Source: Dehalococcoidia bacterium (lineage in GTDB: Bacteria > Chloroflexota > Dehalococcoidia > Bin125). From it: a stretch of DNA of 64,000 nt. Of this stretch, positions 58,578 to 64,000 are shown in pieces. The position numbers and the translations under genes are program-made. The stretch spans positions 1 through 64,000 of the forward strand of contig CAXXNO010000009.1 in the NCBI GenBank assembly GCA_963663235.2, in the 5' to 3' direction. The notes beneath the pieces were generated by a model. That model made no database searches. It saw nothing but the letters and a program-made list of their open reading frames with translations, and was not told where the DNA came from. Each line of letters opens with the position of its first letter. Position 1 is the stretch's first letter.

Positions 58578-59984
58578 ATGGCAGCAGGCAGCGCGGAGCT
58601 GGCCTTCGCGTCGATCGAGGAGGTCGCCGGGCGCATCGCGCGTCGCGAGGTCTCACCCGTCGAGATCACCGACCTGATGCTGGCCCGCATCGAGGAACAC
58701 AACCCGACGATCAACGCCTTCTACACCGTGTTCCGGGACGCCGCGCAGGCCAGCGCCCGCGCGGCGGAGGCGGAGATCGCGGCGGGGAACTATCGCGGGC
58801 CGCTGCACGGGATCCCCATCGGCATCAAGGACATCTACGAAACCGGGCCCACGACCTGCGGCTGCGCGGCCCTGGAGCACTACGTGGCGGAGCGCGACTG
58901 CGCCCCCGTCCAGCGCCTGAAGGCAGCGGGCGCCATCATCCTGGGCAAGACGGCCACCTACGAGTTCGCGTTCGGGGTGCAGACCTTGGCGTCCCACTTC
59001 AAGCCGACGCGCAACGCCTGGGACCTCACGCGGGAGTGCGGCGGATCGAGCAGCGGGACCGCGGGCGCGATCGCGGCGGGGCTGGCGTACGCGGGGATGG
59101 GCACCTGCACAGGCGGGTCGATCCGCTGGCCCGCCCAGTGCTGCTTCCACGTGGGGCTCAAGCCGACCTACGGACGGGTGAGCCGCGCCGGCGTGTACCC
59201 GCTCTCGTGGAGCCTGGACCATGTGGGGCCGCTGGCGCGGACCGTGACGGACGGCGCGCACATGCTGCAAGGCTGCGCCGGCTACGACCGCGACGACCCC
59301 GCCTCCGCGAACGTGCCCGTGCCCGACTTCACAGCGAAGATGGGACGGGAGATCGCGGGAATGAAGATCGGGCTACTGCGCGGCCTGTACGAAGAGCGCT
59401 GCGACCCCAAAGTGCGCGCGACGTTCGAGGCGGCGATCCCGGTGTTCGAGCGATTGGGCGCGGAGATCATCGACGTGCCCACGGTATCCCACGAGCAACT
59501 CTCGGCGGTGGTGCTGCCCCTGCTCTGGGCCGACGCCGGCGCCATCCACGTGAACAACCTGCGAGCGCACGGCGATCGGTACAACCCCCACACGCGGCAA
59601 CTGATGACCTGGGGGCTGCTCTACGACAGCACGGCCTACTTGAACGCCTGCCGGGCACGCGCGCAGATCCGCGACGGGCTCCTGGCGGCGCTGAGCGAGA
59701 CGGTCGACGTGCTGCTGATCCCGACCGTCGGATTCCAGGGGCCCGGGCCCGTGCCGGAGCAGGTCGTCAGCATGAGCATGCGCATCGTGCGGGGGGCGCT
59801 GTACACGGGGCTGTTCAACATCACGGGCCTGCCCGCGATCCAAGTACCGTGCGGCTTCGACGCCGACGGGTTGCCGGTGGGCTTGCAGATCGCGGCGAAG
59901 CCGTTCGACGAACCAACGATGCTGCAGGTGGCCCACGCCTACGAGCAAGCGGCCGGCTGGTACAAACAACACGCGGAGATCTGA
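58578..59984 (+). CDS. Amidase signature family amidase, divergent from the nitrile hydratase genes
   Basis: GPLHGIPIGIKD, GGSSSG, GTCTGGSIRWPA. Confidence 0.92.
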   Translation: MAAGSAELAFASIEEVAGRIARREVSPVEITDLMLARIEEHNPTINAFYTVFRDAAQASARAAEAEIAAGNYRGPLHGIPIGIKDIYETGPTTCGCAALEHYVAERDCAPVQRLKAAGAIILGKTATYEFAFGVQTLASHFKPTRNAWDLTRECGGSSSGTAGAIAAGLAYAGMGTCTGGSIRWPAQCCFHVGLKPTYGRVSRAGVYPLSWSLDHVGPLARTVTDGAHMLQGCAGYDRDDPASANVPVPDFTAKMGREIAGMKIGLLRGLYEERCDPKVRATFEAAIPVFERLGAEIIDVPTVSHEQLSAVVLPLLWADAGAIHVNNLRAHGDRYNPHTRQLMTWGLLYDSTAYLNACRARAQIRDGLLAALSETVDVLLIPTVGFQGPGPVPEQVVSMSMRIVRGALYTGLFNITGLPAIQVPCGFDADGLPVGLQIAAKPFDEPTMLQVAHAYEQAAGWYKQHAEI

Positions 59985-60050
59985 GCGCCGCCGCAGCCGC
60001 TGCCGTGCGCTATGATCCGCGCCAGAGCCGATGCGCGGAAGGCGATCCCC

Positions 60051-61277
60051 ATGCACTTGATGTATTTCACCGAGCAGCCGCTCTCGACGTACCCCAGGGA
60101 GGCGAGCCGGGAGACGGACGACCTGACCGTGCTGCTGCTCTCCAACCGACACTTCAACCCGGTGGACGCCAGCCGGCTCTACAACGAGCGCTTGGAAGAG
60201 TACCTGCTGGCCGAGGAGGTCGGAGTCGACGGGATCATGCTGAACGAGCACCACTCCGCGCCGTTCTGCATGCAGGCCAAGTGCAACATTTTCGCCGCCG
60301 TGCTCGCCGCCGCGACGGAGCGCGTGAAGATCGTCCTATTGGGGAACCCCACGCCGATCAGCGAGAACCCGGTGCGCCTGGCCGAAGAGCTGGCGATGAT
60401 CGACCTCATCTCGAAGGGACGGCTGGTCTCCGGCTTCGTCCGCGGCGGCGGCACCGAGCAACTGGCCACGAGCACCAACCCCGCCTACAACCGCGAGCGG
60501 TTCCAAGAGGCGCACGATCTCATCATCAAGGCGTGGACGGAGCCGGGACCGTTCCGCTGGGAAGGCAACCACTACCAGCAGCGGGTGGTGAACCCCTGGG
60601 CGCGGCCGCTGCAGAAACCGCACCCGCCCATCTGGATCCCGGGCGTCGTGAGCCGGGAGACCACGCTGTGGGCGGCGAAGCATCGCTACCCGTTCATCTG
60701 TCTCAACACGACCATCGAGGCGACGAAGAAGATCTGGGCCGTCTACAACGAGGCCGCCGAGGAAGAGGGCTACACGCCGGGGACGGAGCATCGCGGCTAC
60801 CTGCTGCGGGTGCACGTCCAGGACACCGAAGAGAAGGCGCTGGAGAACGCGCGCGAGTACCTGTGGATGATGGGTGAGTTCACCGGCCTGGTTCATCCCA
60901 CCTGGAGCAGCCCCGCGGGCTACTCGTCGCCGCGACAGCGCCGCGCTTGGGTAGAGATCGCGAACGGGCGGCGCGCCAGCCCCCGCGGCGAAGGCGCGCC
61001 CTCCCTGGAGAAGCAGATCGAGAGCATGCAGATCGTCGCCGGGACGCCGGACCAAGTGGTGAAGAAGCTACGCGTGCTCATGGAGGAGACGCGCCCGGGG
61101 ATCTTCGCGTTCTGGGGCAACGACGGCGGCATGGGGCACCAGGACTCGATGCGCTGCATCGAGCTGCTGGGCAAAGAGGTGATGCCGGCCGTGCGCGACA
61201 TCGCCGACGAACTGGACCTCAAGGGCCCGTTCGAGCGGAGCCCGGTCCCCGCCGCGTCGACGGCCGGGGCCAGCTGA
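60051..61277 (+). CDS. LLM-class flavin-dependent oxidoreductase
   Basis: GIMLNEHH, LAEELAMIDLISKGRLVSGFVRG, PLQKPHPPIW. Confidence 0.9.
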   Translation: MHLMYFTEQPLSTYPREASRETDDLTVLLLSNRHFNPVDASRLYNERLEEYLLAEEVGVDGIMLNEHHSAPFCMQAKCNIFAAVLAAATERVKIVLLGNPTPISENPVRLAEELAMIDLISKGRLVSGFVRGGGTEQLATSTNPAYNRERFQEAHDLIIKAWTEPGPFRWEGNHYQQRVVNPWARPLQKPHPPIWIPGVVSRETTLWAAKHRYPFICLNTTIEATKKIWAVYNEAAEEEGYTPGTEHRGYLLRVHVQDTEEKALENAREYLWMMGEFTGLVHPTWSSPAGYSSPRQRRAWVEIANGRRASPRGEGAPSLEKQIESMQIVAGTPDQVVKKLRVLMEETRPGIFAFWGNDGGMGHQDSMRCIELLGKEVMPAVRDIADELDLKGPFERSPVPAASTAGAS

Positions 61278-61537
61278 GCGACGCCGCTGCTTGCGGCGAT
61301 CTGGGCTGCGTTCGCCCGCGGCGGCCATCCCTTACACGAGGTCCGGCATCGACGGGCGAGTATCAAAGTAATGTCCAGACCCGGCGTGGCGGGCCGTACG
61401 AGCCCGTAGTAGGGTTTTTCTCGTAGAGGGTACCGACGGGGGCACCGAAGATCGTGACGGACGCCCCCCCGGTGCGGCCCAGCGCCGGGCATCCCCGGCG
61501 GCCGCCGAACGGACTGTGGGTATCAAGGGAGATAGGC

Positions 61538-62302
61538 ATGAGATTTCCGAGACGGCTCTTCGTACTCCTAGGCCTGACGAGCCTGCTGCTGAGCGGCGGC
61601 ATCGCGCTGGCGCTGCACGACGTAAACACGCTGGATATCAGCCGGCCTTGGGGCGGCGCGGACCAGACCGCCGTTTCGCCCACGCCGCGCGTGGAGGTCA
61701 CCTACGTGATCAAGGCGAGCGGGAACATCCCGGCGGACACGGTGGACGCCGTCGAGGATGCGATCACCGCCTGGAACGCGAAGATCGACGACCGGGAGGG
61801 GGGCAACTGGGTCTTTGACCTGGTGCCGCTAGCTGAAAGTAGCTCTAGCTCTAGCTCGGCCGCGGCGGAATTGATCCTGCTCGGCCATAACATCAAAGCA
61901 CCGCCCGACCACGGCGGTGGCGGCGGTGGCGGCGACGACGGCGACAAGAAGGCCGACATCGAGATCCAGATCAAGAAGGGCGGCGGCGTGATCGCCGGAT
62001 CGGCGCAGTCATCGTTCGACGCCGACGGCTTCCGGGTGCACGTGAAGATCCAGATCTCGAGCAGCTCCTTCGGCATCGGGAACAGCGACGCGGTGGTCGA
62101 GGAGATCGCGATGCACGAGCTGGGTCACGCGCTCAGCCTCGGGCACCACGGCGACGAGAACGACCTCATGGGCCGGACCGTGGGCTTTGTCGGCGACGGC
62201 CCTTCGGCGTGCGACCTGGACGGGTTCGAGACGTCGCACCACTGGCTGGTGGAGGGGGCAACGGTACCGCACCTCAACCACGACAGCGTCATCCCCTGCT
62301 AA
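61538..62302 (+). CDS. Secreted metzincin (matrixin-like) metalloprotease
   Basis: Signal peptide; HELGHALSLGH plus Met-turn DLM. Confidence 0.82.
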   Translation: MRFPRRLFVLLGLTSLLLSGGIALALHDVNTLDISRPWGGADQTAVSPTPRVEVTYVIKASGNIPADTVDAVEDAITAWNAKIDDREGGNWVFDLVPLAESSSSSSSAAAELILLGHNIKAPPDHGGGGGGGDDGDKKADIEIQIKKGGGVIAGSAQSSFDADGFRVHVKIQISSSSFGIGNSDAVVEEIAMHELGHALSLGHHGDENDLMGRTVGFVGDGPSACDLDGFETSHHWLVEGATVPHLNHDSVIPC

Positions 62303-62365
62303 CCGCGCTGGAGGGCCCGCGGCCTCGCCGAACCGCTCGGCGCGCAGGGCGCCGGGCGCAACAGG

Positions 62366-63151
62366 TCAGACTTCGACCGGCAGTTCCGGGCGCGCCGCCC
62401 AGTCGGCGAAGGATCCGTCGTAGAGGCTGACTTCGTAGCCGAGGCGCTGTAGCGCGATCAGCGCCACCGCCGCGCGAGGGCCTCTGCGACAGTAGGTCAC
62501 GATCCTGGGACGGGGATGCGGACCCGGTTGGGCGCCGGAGGCGGCGAGCAGGGCCGCAACGTGGGCGCGTGAAGCGAAGAGAGTCTCGCCCTCGGTCACG
62601 AACTCGGTCCAGCGGATGTGGGTCGCGCCGGGGATATGTCCGGCGCGGTCCTCCGTGACCTGCCTGCCGGTAAACTCCTCGACGCTGCGCGTGTCCAGGA
62701 GGACCGGCGGATCCGCGCCCGCGAGATCGGGCGCGAAGACGCGCAGCTCGGGACGCGGCCGCAGCGTGAACTGCGCCGGCGGGGCCGTCAGCGGCCGGTA
62801 GAAGATCTCGTGGCCGGCGGCCCAGCGATCGAAGGGGTGGTCCAGCAAGCGCACGTCGGGGTGGCCGAGGTAGTCGAGCAGCCAGGCGAGCATGGCGCCG
62901 CTCTGGCCGTCGTAGGCGTCGTAGACGACCACGGGCATCCCGGCGCCGACCCCGGCGGCGCCGAACCACTGGGCCAACTCATCGTCGGGGCGCAGGCGGC
63001 CGTCGGCGTCGAAGATTTGCGCCAGGGGCAAGTTGATGGCGCCGCCGATGTGGCCCTGGAGGTACTTGACGGGGCGGCGGGCATCGACGAGGCGGCCGGC
63101 GGGAGCGGCGAGCTCACGCTCGAGCCAGGCCGCGTCGACAAGTTCGATCAT
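62366..63151 (-). CDS. Tandem-domain rhodanese/sulfurtransferase
   Basis: Y.QGHI.GA, LDTRS..EF.G, GHIPGA, YCRRGPRA, YDGSFADW. Confidence 0.9.
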   Translation of the reverse strand: MIELVDAAWLERELAAPAGRLVDARRPVKYLQGHIGGAINLPLAQIFDADGRLRPDDELAQWFGAAGVGAGMPVVVYDAYDGQSGAMLAWLLDYLGHPDVRLLDHPFDRWAAGHEIFYRPLTAPPAQFTLRPRPELRVFAPDLAGADPPVLLDTRSVEEFTGRQVTEDRAGHIPGATHIRWTEFVTEGETLFASRAHVAALLAASGAQPGPHPRPRIVTYCRRGPRAAVALIALQRLGYEVSLYDGSFADWAARPELPVEV

Positions 63152-63176
63152 CTAGAAGCGCTTCCGATAACGCCTC

Positions 63177-63215
63177 CTACAGCGCCTCGCTATAGCGCCT
63201 CGCTATAGCGCCTCG
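63177..63215. repeat. Three tandem 13-bp units duplicating the end of the OsmC-like gene
   Basis: ctacagcgcctcg ctatagcgcctcg ctatagcgcctcg. Confidence 0.85.
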
Positions 63216-63739
63216 AAGGCGACGTTGATGGGGGTGGCGCGGGTGACGCTCTGGGCCACGGGCGAGCCGTCGACGGCCTTCTGCCAGATCTTGCGCAGCG
63301 TGGCTTCGTCGGCGTCGGCCTGCACATAGACCTTGGCGGTGATGCCGCCGTAGCCGGGGTTGCCGGCGTCGTCGAGGTCAGCCCACTTGAGGATGTTGTC
63401 GAAGTTGCCTTCCAGTGCGATCTCGAGGTTCTTGATCTGGACGCCCTGGCGGGTGGCGTTCAGCACGAACCCGACCATCATGCAGGAGCCGACGGCCGAG
63501 AGCAGATGCTCGTGGGCACTGGCGGCGGTGTCTTTGGTGTCGAGGTCGGCGGGCTCATCGAACTCGACGGTGTGGGTGCGGGTGTGCGCCTTGGCCTTGA
63601 AGCCATCCTGCCAGACGACGCGCGAGCGCCAGGGGCCGCTGAAGGCCTTGAGGTTCTCGGGCTTCTTCAGCGACGCGATGACCGCTTCCAGCTTCTCGGG
63701 GTGCAGCCCGTTGATCGTGTCCGGCTTCGTCGTCATCAT
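63203..63739 (-). CDS. OsmC-like protein, single-Cys type
   Basis: FDEP..L...D, EHLLSAVGSC, V.GSPV. Confidence 0.85.
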   Translation of the reverse strand: MMTTKPDTINGLHPEKLEAVIASLKKPENLKAFSGPWRSRVVWQDGFKAKAHTRTHTVEFDEPADLDTKDTAASAHEHLLSAVGSCMMVGFVLNATRQGVQIKNLEIALEGNFDNILKWADLDDAGNPGYGGITAKVYVQADADEATLRKIWQKAVDGSPVAQSVTRATPINVAFEAL

Positions 63740-64000
63740 CGGCTCCCTTCGGCAACCGGGGCGTACTCCCGGCGCAGGATGTCCGCCGCCTGGCGCAGCG
63801 CTTTGAGCTTGCGGAACGACGTCTCCGGGGTGTTGACGGAGCGCTCCGCAAAGGTGCCAAAGCCACAGTCCGGGTTGAGGTAAATCTTCTCGGGATCGAA
63901 GTACTGGAGCAGGTCGCGGGCGCGTGCGGCGATGGTCTCCGCGTCCTCGACGTCGTCGCTGCGGGGGTTCACGACGCCCAAGCCGATCTCCTTCTCGTTG
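63736..64000 (-). CDS. Cobalamin-independent methionine synthase II (MetE-like) family protein, C-terminal part only
   Basis: GLGVVNPR...VE, YLNPDCGFGT; runs off the window. Confidence 0.85.
   Translation of the reverse strand, partial: NEKEIGLGVVNPRSDDVEDAETIAARARDLLQYFDPEKIYLNPDCGFGTFAERSVNTPETSFRKLKALRQAADILRREYAPVAEGSR

Noticed and set aside
61839-61935. (TAGCTC)3 Ser run and Gly run in the metalloprotease
   Set aside because: In-frame linker expansions that do not shift the frame, so they do not indicate phase variation.

Overview
A very GC-rich bacterial chromosomal window. Gene content (five LLM/F420-type oxidoreductases, three amidases, DUF1800-DUF1501-NHL, a zinc-ribbon membrane protein, Tat-lipoprotein solute-binding proteins) suggests Chloroflexota, probably Dehalococcoidia/SAR202-like; this is inference. 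It holds about 55 CDS and 4 tRNAs (Phe, Leu, Gln, Asn). Main blocks are PcrA flanked by nested REP-like hairpin repeats, a catabolic LLM/amidohydrolase/thiolase region, an alpha-glucoside ABC + GH15 + pentose-phosphate operon, and a cobalt nitrile hydratase/amidase locus. The most unusual item lies behind tRNA-Asn: three copies of a tRNA-Asn-derived unit whose anticodon arm is replaced by a GCTGCGC hairpin, with a small GIY-YIG nuclease gene between copies 2 and 3. The same hairpin core recurs in the intergenic repeats around pcrA. Other notable points are two cases of 'gene > cargo > displaced copy of the gene's 3' part', an S8 protease with an in-frame amber codon and no catalytic Asp, and a Cys-rich ferredoxin-like domain fused to the nitrile hydratase accessory protein. 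All calls come from reading the sequence and recalled motifs; no database searches were run.
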